Below, piece after piece: positions 32,265-41,313 of a stretch of 64,000 nt of DNA. The stretch lies in IMG/VR virus record IMGVR_UViG_3300014204_000110; one strand, written 5' to 3'. A model generated the notes under the pieces. The model did no database searches and was not told the origin of the DNA. It saw only the letters and a list, made by a program, of their open reading frames with translations. Numbering within the stretch: position 1 is the first letter of the stretch; each line of letters begins with the position of its first letter. Source of the stretch: a virus. Its lineage: Duplodnaviria > Caudoviricetes. The position numbers and the translations under genes are program-made.

Positions 32265-32992
32265 ACTGTTCTTGAATCTAATATTTCTTTTAAATGTTTA
32301 TATTTTTTATTTATATATTGTTTATCTACAATTTCATTAGATTGAATACCATTCCAACCATGAGTATATGTCTTGTTTTCTTTTATGCATTCAAAATTAT
32401 TTGAAACTAATAAATCATTTATTTTGTAATTATCATCATCTTTTTCATAATGATTAAATACCGTTGTTTCTACATTAATAAATACTATCTTATGTAGATA
32501 TTCTGATATACTCTGTAATATATTATAATCTTTTCCTTGAGTATCAATTTTAATATGTTCTATATACTTAAATCGTTTCCAAGGTATTAAACTTAAAAAA
32601 TATTCTAAAGATATTACAGGAACTTTAATAACTTCTTTTACTGTATAAGGTAAATATTTAGTTGGTTTATATAAACTAGAGCATCCTGGATCAGTATTAG
32701 TAACATAAAAATCTGTATAAGTTGGCTCAATTATATTATCTAGAGCAGTATATAATAATTTAAAATTAGGATCATTAGTTAAACCTAAATGATTAATACT
32801 ATTAATATTACTTGGAAGAGGTTCAAATGCAAAGATTATTCTATCTTTAAGAGTTCTTAACCAAAGTTGTGAATTTGGAGCACAATATGAAAGACCAATA
32901 TCTAATTTAATATTAGATATGTTTTTTGGAATTATTAAAATATTGTCTTCAATTAGTTTAGTAAGACCAATTTTTTCGTATATATTTACCAT
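32261..32992 (-). CDS. FkbM-family methyltransferase
   Basis: LDIG, AFEP, SSLYKP, IKIDTQGKD. Confidence 0.85.
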   Translation of the reverse strand: MVNIYEKIGLTKLIEDNILIIPKNISNIKLDIGLSYCAPNSQLWLRTLKDRIIFAFEPLPSNINSINHLGLTNDPNFKLLYTALDNIIEPTYTDFYVTNTDPGCSSLYKPTKYLPYTVKEVIKVPVISLEYFLSLIPWKRFKYIEHIKIDTQGKDYNILQSISEYLHKIVFINVETTVFNHYEKDDDNYKINDLLVSNNFECIKENKTYTHGWNGIQSNEIVDKQYINKKYKHLKEILDSRTV

Positions 32993-33717
32993 TCTTGTCT
33001 TTCTGCTGGATTGTAAAGTCCACGTTTGTTCATATCTATATTATATTCTTGAGTAAGTATATTTAATTCTTCTGGATATTCTAAGTAATTCCATTTTCTT
33101 CTTATAATTGCTGTTGCTATTATTGGAAATATTAAACTATCATAATGATGTTGACCACGCTTTGGTTGTCCATGATATACAAAACTTCCTGTTAATCCTA
33201 ATTTTCTAGACGCATATGTGTATTGTTGTCGTTCAACAAAATCAAGAACTTTAGCAGTTTTATACATATTTATAAAATCTAAACGATTCCATATAGAAGC
33301 TTGCATACAATAAAATAAAGGATGTCCACATGGAACATCAAATAAATCTTCTTTTATTCGGTTAAATCCAGTAAGATCGTTTGCTATAAACTTAACAAAA
33401 CTTTTTTTAGATTCATCTAAAAAATTTAAATAGAAGTTTAATTTATTAAAATTAGGTCTATCTGTAAGTATAAAATCTTCTTGCATATAGATAAAATATT
33501 TACAATCTAATGTCTCTAAAAAATTTACCCATTGTTTCCAATATGGTTGTTTTTCATCATATAAATTAAATTTATGATTTTGATATTTATCAGAAAGTTT
33601 ATTAGATATAACATAACTATCTACATTAGGAATATATTTATCTAACTGACCAAAATACATTGGCCAAATATCTTCACAACTTGAATGTGTATAAGTAACT
33701 ATTGGTATATTTAACAT
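32986..33717 (-). CDS. GT-A-like glycosyltransferase
   Basis: YMQEDF (DxD-like), QASIW, AII..KW. Confidence 0.55.
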   Translation of the reverse strand: MLNIPIVTYTHSSCEDIWPMYFGQLDKYIPNVDSYVISNKLSDKYQNHKFNLYDEKQPYWKQWVNFLETLDCKYFIYMQEDFILTDRPNFNKLNFYLNFLDESKKSFVKFIANDLTGFNRIKEDLFDVPCGHPLFYCMQASIWNRLDFINMYKTAKVLDFVERQQYTYASRKLGLTGSFVYHGQPKRGQHHYDSLIFPIIATAIIRRKWNYLEYPEELNILTQEYNIDMNKRGLYNPAERQEW

Positions 33718-34349
33718 AAGTTTTTAAATACTGTAAAAGTAGTAAGATCTCTATATGGTGGATCTTCAATAAGTGGCTCTGTATGTCTAGGATAATTTGC
33801 TAATAGATTTAAACCATGAGCAGCTTGCTCGGGCGACATATAACAGTTGTACCCAAGTTCAGTAATATCATCATCACGATAATTACATTCGCCACGTCCA
33901 TCATAACGCATACGTTTAAGTTTTTCATATGCTATTTTGTTATCAGTAAGAATTGCACCACCTCTAGATATTGCTAATTGTTTCTTGCTATGGAAGCTAA
34001 GGCATGTTAAACTTGATTGAATATACATATCTGAAGTAAGCCATTTAGCACTATCTATAATAGGAGTAGGATCTAATTGGTAATAACCATTCCAAGTAAT
34101 ATCTTTAAATTTAATTTTATATCCAGCATGTAAAAATGATTGAGGAACTGAAAGATATGTTCTTTTAGGAACTGTTACCTCTGGAAGTTCTTTATATACA
34201 TATCGTTTAAGATATTCAGCACATAGAAATAAAGCAATTGTACAACTATCTACCGTAACACAAAATGGTGCTCCTGTATATTCACATAGTTCTGCTTCAA
34301 ACATTTGATTTATCTTAAATGGATTATGAACTATACTTTTTTGAGACAT
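33711..34349 (-). CDS. short DegT/DnrJ/EryC1/StrS-family PLP aminotransferase
   Basis: FEAELCEYTG, DSCTIAL, IIDSA, SFHSKKQL, RGGAILT, GYNCYM. Confidence 0.85.
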   Translation of the reverse strand: MSQKSIVHNPFKINQMFEAELCEYTGAPFCVTVDSCTIALFLCAEYLKRYVYKELPEVTVPKRTYLSVPQSFLHAGYKIKFKDITWNGYYQLDPTPIIDSAKWLTSDMYIQSSLTCLSFHSKKQLAISRGGAILTDNKIAYEKLKRMRYDGRGECNYRDDDITELGYNCYMSPEQAAHGLNLLANYPRHTEPLIEDPPYRDLTTFTVFKNLC

Positions 34350-34350
34350 T

Positions 34351-34731
34351 TTAATCTACCAATGTATAAGTTAATTTATGTTTATCAAAAAACTGTTGTC
34401 CAGATATATTAGTTTTTCGCACTTTAATATCTAGAAATGGATATTCTCTAATAATAGAATATAATAATTCTGTACCAATACCTTTATTATAATAATCTGG
34501 ATGTACTGCTATTCTAAGATCATTATTAACTACTCCAATAAATCCTACTGGAATGTTATTTAATAAATAAATATAATAACTAGATCCATATTTAGACATG
34601 TATTTTTCTTGAGATTCTTGAGATATATAAGTATGATCTACAAATGAATCTGATAATCTAGTGTCATTTCTAAGAGATCGTATGAATTCCCAATATATTT
34701 TGTTATTATTAACTTGTATTATCATATGCAA
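34351..34731 (-). CDS. GNAT N-acetyltransferase (PseH-like)
   Basis: IRSLRND, AVHPDYYNKGIG, N..GQQFF. Confidence 0.8.
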   Translation of the reverse strand: MHMIIQVNNNKIYWEFIRSLRNDTRLSDSFVDHTYISQESQEKYMSKYGSSYYIYLLNNIPVGFIGVVNNDLRIAVHPDYYNKGIGTELLYSIIREYPFLDIKVRKTNISGQQFFDKHKLTYTLVD

Positions 34732-35516
34732 ACCCTATGACTTAATCCATATGGTTGCTTATATTTCCATTTAGCTAAGAGATAATCTCTGTCTATAGGT
34801 AGATTTAAATAATAATTCAATGTAGTTCCTATATTTAAATATGTATTTTTGTTATTAAATTGATGAAGTTGATGTATTAAAATATTACTTAATGAAGATG
34901 CTGAAAATAAATATACTCTATTTTGACTATCTTGTCCAGTAAAATCTTTAAGATCTTCTATTAAATCTATATCATTAACTATACAATTTTCTCCAACATG
35001 AAAAATTGCTGATGTTTTAAATGGTAATTTATGTATACTTTTTGATTCTACTGGTAATATTAATGAATTTTCATTACATATTAAAATTACTTCTTTAGAT
35101 TTAAATAAAGGAACTATAACATCTATAAAAAAGTCATAGTTATTATTAACCAAGAGATTTGCCCAGGTAAGATTACTATGATCTTTTAATTCATTTAACA
35201 TCCAATTATATCGTTCATTTCCGACGCAACACTTACATATTTTACCTTTATAATAGTTATCTGCTTGGTAATAAAATGAATCTAGAAGCAAATGTCTTAT
35301 ATGTTGATGTTTGTTTGGATCAAAACATTTATGATCTATACTTGGAAAACCTTTATTAAATATTGTATCTCCAAATATAACTTGATTATTATTAATTTCA
35401 AGTTTATAATTTTTAAGTATAGCTTCGCACCCATCGCTGAAGCGAGTGAAACTAAAAGGAATATTGTTTTTAAGTCTATGATAAAATTCTATTATATCAC
35501 CTCTAAACGTCTTCAT
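34722..35516 (-). CDS. GT-D-fold (DUF1792-like) glycosyltransferase
   Basis: FSFTRFSDG (cf. RFGDGE), LFSASSLSNIL, YLNIGT. Confidence 0.6.
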   Translation of the reverse strand: MKTFRGDIIEFYHRLKNNIPFSFTRFSDGCEAILKNYKLEINNNQVIFGDTIFNKGFPSIDHKCFDPNKHQHIRHLLLDSFYYQADNYYKGKICKCCVGNERYNWMLNELKDHSNLTWANLLVNNNYDFFIDVIVPLFKSKEVILICNENSLILPVESKSIHKLPFKTSAIFHVGENCIVNDIDLIEDLKDFTGQDSQNRVYLFSASSLSNILIHQLHQFNNKNTYLNIGTTLNYYLNLPIDRDYLLAKWKYKQPYGLSHRVCI

Positions 35517-35874
35517 TGTGATCCTTTAAAATTATAATTTTGTCTACGTTCCAATCTCCAGTAAGCTCTGGAAAGAATTCAAAAAACATACCACTATGTA
35601 TAAGATTATCATAAAATTCTTTAGTATTAATCGTTTTATATTTGTTCATTAATCCTCGACGTGTCTAGATATAAATTTATAAATTAAATAAAGTATACAA
35701 ATATATAGAATAAAATATAACATTTATTTCTTCTTAAATATAATAATATAAGTAAGTATAATAATTGCTAATATAATACCTAAAATTAAACCTAAACCTA
35801 AAAAGAATTTAAACAATGGTAAAAAGAATATAAAAGTTGAATATCCTAAACCAATAAGTAAAAGACTGAGTAAA

Positions 35875-36063
35875 CTAATCATTAATATTTTCATTTTTAA
35901 TCCTTATATTTGATTTTTTATGTTCGCATTCAATATTATTTGAAATACAATATGTATAATATGATTCGTTTTTGAGATATTTAAAATCACATTTTATTTT
36001 CCAATTTGCTAAACATATATAATCTTTTTCATATTGTGCTCTATCTCGTAAATTTATAGACAT
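35875..36063 (-). CDS. small Cys-containing protein with MSINLR N-terminus
   Basis: 62 aa. Confidence 0.45.
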   Translation of the reverse strand: MSINLRDRAQYEKDYICLANWKIKCDFKYLKNESYYTYCISNNIECEHKKSNIRIKNENIND

Positions 36064-36998
36064 AAAATTTCTCTTTTAAAGGTGTTTTTTAGATCGTAAC
36101 AAATTGAACTTGCCTTACATTTATTTCTATTAAAATCTATTTCTAAATCATTCCAAGATGGATTATCTAAATTACATACAACTATATCTTCTTTAGCACT
36201 AGATGCATATTTTCTAAGTTCTTCTGATCCTAAAGATATCTTATCGTAATACCATTTTACTTTGTCTTCTAGACTCCCTATAAGCTCGTTAGAGCCAGAA
36301 TGAAGACCACCCACACCAACGTGCATAGATCGAGTTTGATCTGGTTTTAAAGCATATAAACCATGTTTTAACATACATCGTTCAGTGAAACCATCTCCGT
36401 GAATATGTTCGTTATAAGGTATTCGTATATTATTAAAATGTTTATTATAAAAAGCCACTGGATTATTATATAATTCATCTGTAAGATATGGTAATATATA
36501 ATTTTTAACTACTTTTACACTTATACATGAAGGACTACAACATTGACTATCTCCTATAAGTTGAGATATATCTCCAGATGTTTCTATCTCAGGTCTTCGT
36601 TTATGACTAACGCAAAATAATTTATTATATCTAGATAAAAACTTTTCATAACAAATTCGATTAAATCTAAGATAATCTTGGGTTGGGGTCATATCTTCCT
36701 CGGCAGGAAGTATATATTCTTCTGATTCTTCTGCTGCTATACGATAGCTATCTAGAATATTATAAAATCCTGGTAAAGGACATTTATTTTTATCTTCTAA
36801 AGTACGTGTAGTAATTTTAATATGTTTATGGTATTTTCTAAACCAATGAATTACTTTATATATATCTGTGTTAAAGCAGTAATCTAGAAAGAAATGAACT
36901 CTAATATTTTCTAGTTCTTTTGGTTCTTTAAGTAACTGTTCCAGATATAGATATACTAGTTCTGGCCTTTGGTATATTGCTATCGCAAGTGTGTTCAT
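36054..36998 (-). CDS. GT-A-like glycosyltransferase
   Basis: AIYQRPE, AEEDM, RSMHVGVGG. Confidence 0.7.
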   Translation of the reverse strand: MNTLAIAIYQRPELVYLYLEQLLKEPKELENIRVHFFLDYCFNTDIYKVIHWFRKYHKHIKITTRTLEDKNKCPLPGFYNILDSYRIAAEESEEYILPAEEDMTPTQDYLRFNRICYEKFLSRYNKLFCVSHKRRPEIETSGDISQLIGDSQCCSPSCISVKVVKNYILPYLTDELYNNPVAFYNKHFNNIRIPYNEHIHGDGFTERCMLKHGLYALKPDQTRSMHVGVGGLHSGSNELIGSLEDKVKWYYDKISLGSEELRKYASSAKEDIVVCNLDNPSWNDLEIDFNRNKCKASSICYDLKNTFKREILCL

Positions 36999-37286
36999 AA
37001 GATCCTTTAAATAAAAGACGTTTTTAAATGACCGTAGAAGAACGCCAAAACTTCCCTATAGTTACTCATGCATATTTTACTATATACACCATTTGAGCAT
37101 TGTTAAGAGGCTTGTGTGGTCAATTTCATTCCCATGTTTCTTTATATGTAAATTGTACAGTTTTAATACTTTTTATTATTTTATCTAATTTTTCTAAGGT
37201 ATAATTCCATTCAAGAGTATCTTTATTATAACTAAGTATATCATTATATAGATTTTCTAGATCAGTTTTAATATTCAATTATACCT

Positions 37287-37583
37287 TCAATCTTCTAGTA
37301 TAAAACCACAATCCATACATATTATACTTGATGGTTTATATACGTCATTATGATAATCATAATCTTCAAGTTTTTCTGTATTTTTATGTTCACATGTTAA
37401 TTGTTTTATTAAACGTTTTATATTATCTTGTTCGTCTTTAATATTATCATTTAATTCTTCATATATTCCATATTTAAATTTTTTAAGATCTTTAATATAT
37501 TGTTTTGTAAGTTCAATAAATTTTAATTTTTTATTTATTTCTTTTTGAGTTTGTTTAATATTTACTTTATTCATATAATCCAT
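37287..37583 (-). CDS. hypothetical protein with C-terminal Zn-ribbon
   Basis: CEH...CMDCG. Confidence 0.45.
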   Translation of the reverse strand: MDYMNKVNIKQTQKEINKKLKFIELTKQYIKDLKKFKYGIYEELNDNIKDEQDNIKRLIKQLTCEHKNTEKLEDYDYHNDVYKPSSIICMDCGFILED

Positions 37584-38275
37584 CCTTTATTAACCCAAAA
37601 TTGATTAATAAGTTTTCTATCTGATAGATGTTTCTCTGGACCAAGTGATGTAGATAAACGCCCAGGCATTGCTCCCAAGTGCTGCATTTGCGAGCCCCAA
37701 GTATCTGGTTCTGATATTAATTGTTTAGGTACATAACATTTAGTACCAAAAGCCAATTGTGTTGATGCGGCTAAAGTGCTATCTTCACCATTGAATTGAT
37801 TTAATTCTGGAGTTTTGAATAGTTCGATTATATGTTTTCTTTTTACAAACCATGCATGGCCAACTAGACTCACACATCTTATCTGATCATTACCTTTTTC
37901 ATAAGCTTCAATGTCATATAAAGTATCTGGATGTAATTTAATACCTCGGTAACCAATTATACTTTCATCTCCAACTTGGTCTATAGTATTATAACAATTT
38001 TCTATCCAACGACATCCAGGTATTGTATCATCATCTAGAACTAGAACTCTATCGTAATTATATAAAAGTCCAGCACTGAATCTAGCATATACTCCTAAAT
38101 TTGGACATTCAATTATATTATATTTATGATAGTTTAATCTATTAAAATTAGAAGATTGATTCCATATTACTATTTGAGATGGAGGTATAGTTTGGTTTTC
38201 TAGAGATTTAACTAGTTTCTCTAACCACGCCGTACCTTTATATAAACCAATTATTGCTAAATATTCTTTATTCAT
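37571..38275 (-). CDS. GT2-like glycosyltransferase
   Basis: SLENQT, NLGVYARF, LDDDTIPG, GED. Confidence 0.8.
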   Translation of the reverse strand: MNKEYLAIIGLYKGTAWLEKLVKSLENQTIPPSQIVIWNQSSNFNRLNYHKYNIIECPNLGVYARFSAGLLYNYDRVLVLDDDTIPGCRWIENCYNTIDQVGDESIIGYRGIKLHPDTLYDIEAYEKGNDQIRCVSLVGHAWFVKRKHIIELFKTPELNQFNGEDSTLAASTQLAFGTKCYVPKQLISEPDTWGSQMQHLGAMPGRLSTSLGPEKHLSDRKLINQFWVNKGWII

Positions 38276-38582
38276 CTTTATGTTTTTCTCTAATTATTGT
38301 ATCTCTACATGTACGACAATATGGTTTTGCTTCATAAAAATAAGCATCTCTATATTTAATAGATATCTTATTTTCACAAGTTGTACAATATGTAAAATAA
38401 TCTTTGAATTTAATAACTGTAGTTTTCACTATGTATTTTATACCATTTCATTGAAAGATCATGTATGTTATTTAATAAGTTATTTATAATTTCTTCATCT
38501 TTAGTTGGATAATTTATATAATCAAAATCTTTAATAGCTTGTAATGTTTCTAGAATATCATTTAATTTATTTTTATTATATT

Positions 38583-38915
38583 TCATAAGTTATATATTGA
38601 TATATTTAGTTTTTCATGCATTAATTTTTTATATTCTTCATAATATTTATCTGATTCAATATTAAGATACTCTATTGTAGTATCTTTAGCAAGATGTAAT
38701 TCTTTTAATGGTTTAACCGTTCCATGTGGAGGTCCTAGATCCCAATGATCCTCATAATCTATAAAATTCGTAGTAAATTTATGTCTACTTATAATAAACC
38801 AGAATTTTTTAGCATCAAAAATTCCTATATGAGCATTTCTAGCTGAGATTATATATAAATATCCATCTTTGCAATCTTCTAGTTTAATATAATTTTTAAT
38901 ATTTTTAGTTGCCAT
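38583..38915 (-). CDS. hypothetical phage protein
   Basis: 110-aa ORF with plausible composition. Confidence 0.5.
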   Translation of the reverse strand: MATKNIKNYIKLEDCKDGYLYIISARNAHIGIFDAKKFWFIISRHKFTTNFIDYEDHWDLGPPHGTVKPLKELHLAKDTTIEYLNIESDKYYEEYKKLMHEKLNISIYNL

Positions 38916-38917
38916 AA

Positions 38918-39085
38918 TTATTCTTCTTTCAAATCTAATTTTTCACCACACCAAGGACAATATTTCCACATAGATGAATTATATTTTGGTGCTGCTATAT
39001 GACATGAACAATAAATTATAATATCAGTTATTTGTTTATCACCAATTTTAAATTCTTCACAATCACATTTGTATTTATATGCCAT
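38918..39085 (-). CDS. Zn-ribbon microprotein (absent from ORF track)
   Basis: MAYKYKCDC...WKYCPWCGEKL. Confidence 0.55.
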   Translation of the reverse strand: MAYKYKCDCEEFKIGDKQITDIIIYCSCHIAAPKYNSSMWKYCPWCGEKLDLKEE

Positions 39086-39105
39086 AATATTTCTTTCTAA
39101 GTATA

Positions 39106-39190
39106 AGCTGGTAGAGAGATTTGAACTCCCGATTGTATTTCTACGATGGATTACAGATCCATTGCACTAGACCAACTATGCGATACCAGC
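39106..39190 (-). tRNA. tRNA-Thr(UGU)-like with C33 and long variable arm
   Basis: GCTGGTA/TACCAGC acceptor, ATGGA-TCTGTAA-TCCAT, GTA-GAAA-TAC arm, GGGAG-TTCAAAT-CTCTC. Confidence 0.8.
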
Positions 39191-39620
39191 ATTATTTACG
39201 TGTATCAATAAATTTAAATTCAAAATCTTTATTTCTATCATTAAGAAGTTCTTGTATTAAATTTTCTTCTCTTAAGAAACTATTTAATATTTTATAACAA
39301 GAATTATATTCATGGTTAATATTATAATATCTTATATAAATTCTATTAAATTCTGGTAATTTGTATTTTTTTAAAAACGATTGAAACATTTTATCATCAA
39401 AAATATTAATACTTTGTTTTCTACATATAATAGTTGTACAGTTATTTAATTTAGGTTCACAATAATATATTAAATAATCATTCATATTTATAATTCATCA
39501 ATTCATTAATTGTATTAATTGAATTTATCATTCCATTTTCAGGATCAAAATCTAGTATTATTTTATCTAATAATATTTTTGCTTTTTTAAGTTTTTCGAA
39601 TTCTTCTATTGAAATATCAA

Positions 39621-40502
39621 TCATATATATCCTTTGAATAAATTAATAGCATTTGGTATTATTTCATCTTTAAATTTATCTATAAGTTCAATTCCAGATA
39701 GTTGAAACCAAGGTTCATGATAAGCGCCACTATTTTGATTAGTAGTAACATTTATATCTAACATTTTGGCTTCTATAAGTAATCTACTACATGTCTCAGG
39801 TATATCTGGGAAAAATATAAAATGTTTAAATTTAGCTAATGTTTTCCAAAAGTTTTCTTTAACGTTTATTCTAGGTATTGGAAAATAAGGTAATTTATTA
39901 TCTAGACAATATCTAAGTGAACCTTGCTTATTTTTTATATTTTGACCCTGTCTTAAAGTCATTCCATTAGATAATGTTATAAACTCAGCATCGTTGAAAA
40001 ATGCATATTTATCTATTTTAAGCGTATTTAATCTTATAGAATTTATAAGTTCAAGATCTTCATGTAAATATAAACTTCCATGTATATTAGTAGTATTAGT
40101 TATGTTATTTTTATTAAGTTGATCTTCATGCCATTGTGTCTGACATATTACTACTTTAGCATTATTATAAAATGCTCGATTAGTAAAATATATTTCTGGA
40201 ACTATTCCAGATATGTTAACTTCTCCTGTAGGAAGTAAGAATGGATTACGAGTACTTATATATTTATGATCGTGTTCATATATTAAATAGTTTTTATATT
40301 TAATAAGTTGTTGTTTTGTATTTTCATTAAGATTAACAAAATTTGTAATTATATAAAAAGAATTGATGTCTATAATATTTAATTTATGTGATTCAATAGT
40401 ATTTGCGATGCCTAGATAATATAATAATACATCATTTGTTACCTCTGCACCACGACGAACCTCATTAGAGAAATAGTCAGATACAAATATAATTTTAGAC
40501 AT
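39621..40502 (-). CDS. GT-B-like glycosyltransferase
   Basis: IIFVSDY...GAEV, EHDHK, PETCSRLLIEAKML. Confidence 0.7.
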   Translation of the reverse strand: MSKIIFVSDYFSNEVRRGAEVTNDVLLYYLGIANTIESHKLNIIDINSFYIITNFVNLNENTKQQLIKYKNYLIYEHDHKYISTRNPFLLPTGEVNISGIVPEIYFTNRAFYNNAKVVICQTQWHEDQLNKNNITNTTNIHGSLYLHEDLELINSIRLNTLKIDKYAFFNDAEFITLSNGMTLRQGQNIKNKQGSLRYCLDNKLPYFPIPRINVKENFWKTLAKFKHFIFFPDIPETCSRLLIEAKMLDINVTTNQNSGAYHEPWFQLSGIELIDKFKDEIIPNAINLFKGYI

Positions 40503-40929
40503 ATTGTTCTAGTTGTTTGTTAAGATTTTCTAAGTCTTTTATATCATTTTTATTTGAAATTATAAAATCTTCAATAGTACAAATATTACAAATATCATAA
40601 TCTCCACTTTTATCTAATTCTATATAATGCCAATTATTTGGTTTTATATTATAAGTAGATATTTCATAACTTATATTTTTTTGTAATAATCTTCTCACTT
40701 TATGATTTAATTCTTTGATATATAAAATAATTCTATTTTTATCATTATCAATAGTTGTATATTTAAATTCTTCTTTAAATTGTTCAAATGAAATTAAATT
40801 AGCTTCATGTTCTTCAGCATTGGGTAAATCTTTATATTCTTTACCGTCTAATGTTATATATACAGTAACTTTTTCTTTTCCAGTTACTACAAGTTCTTTT
40901 TTATCTATTTCAATTTCTTTTGTTATCAT
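40495..40929 (-). CDS. hypothetical protein
   Basis: 144 aa; YITLDGKEY. Confidence 0.5.
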   Translation of the reverse strand: MITKEIEIDKKELVVTGKEKVTVYITLDGKEYKDLPNAEEHEANLISFEQFKEEFKYTTIDNDKNRIILYIKELNHKVRRLLQKNISYEISTYNIKPNNWHYIELDKSGDYDICNICTIEDFIISNKNDIKDLENLNKQLEQYV

Positions 40930-40936
40930 AATTTAT

Positions 40937-41149
40937 TTACCATGTTTCACTAGTTGTTATATCTTCTATTGTTCCACATTCTATACATCGTATTTCTATT
41001 GTTGCACCAATACCACCACCTGGTGTAATTATAAATTGTAATAAACCATTTCCTTTAGCACATTTTAAATGATTGTTATGAAATTTTTCTACAGAAGCTA
41101 TTTCTTTGTCTCCCATATTTATACCACAATAAGATTTAATTTTAGACAT
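40937..41149 (-). CDS. small Zn-binding hypothetical protein
   Basis: H..C...TPGGGIG...CIECG...DIT..ETW. Confidence 0.55.
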   Translation of the reverse strand: MSKIKSYCGINMGDKEIASVEKFHNNHLKCAKGNGLLQFIITPGGGIGATIEIRCIECGTIEDITTSETW

Positions 41150-41312
41150 TTGGTTTTTCTATCTGTGAACATTCAATTACTTCATAATTATAAGAATTAC
41201 ATTTAGGACACGACCAACTATACATTGGGTGATCTAATAATTCAGTTCTTTCATAACCGCAATGTGGACAAAAATATAAGAATTTAGATCCTTCTTTAAC
41301 TGGAATATACAT
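41142..41312 (-). CDS. Zn-ribbon microprotein (absent from ORF track)
   Basis: FCPHCG...WSCPKCNS. Confidence 0.55.
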   Translation of the reverse strand: MYIPVKEGSKFLYFCPHCGYERTELLDHPMYSWSCPKCNSYNYEVIECSQIEKPNV

Positions 41313-41313
41313 A

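Noticed and set aside
37000-37125. Slightly GC-richer intergenic stretch as a possible ncRNA or riboswitch
   Set aside because: No convincing stems or recognisable motif found by eye; a covariance search would be needed
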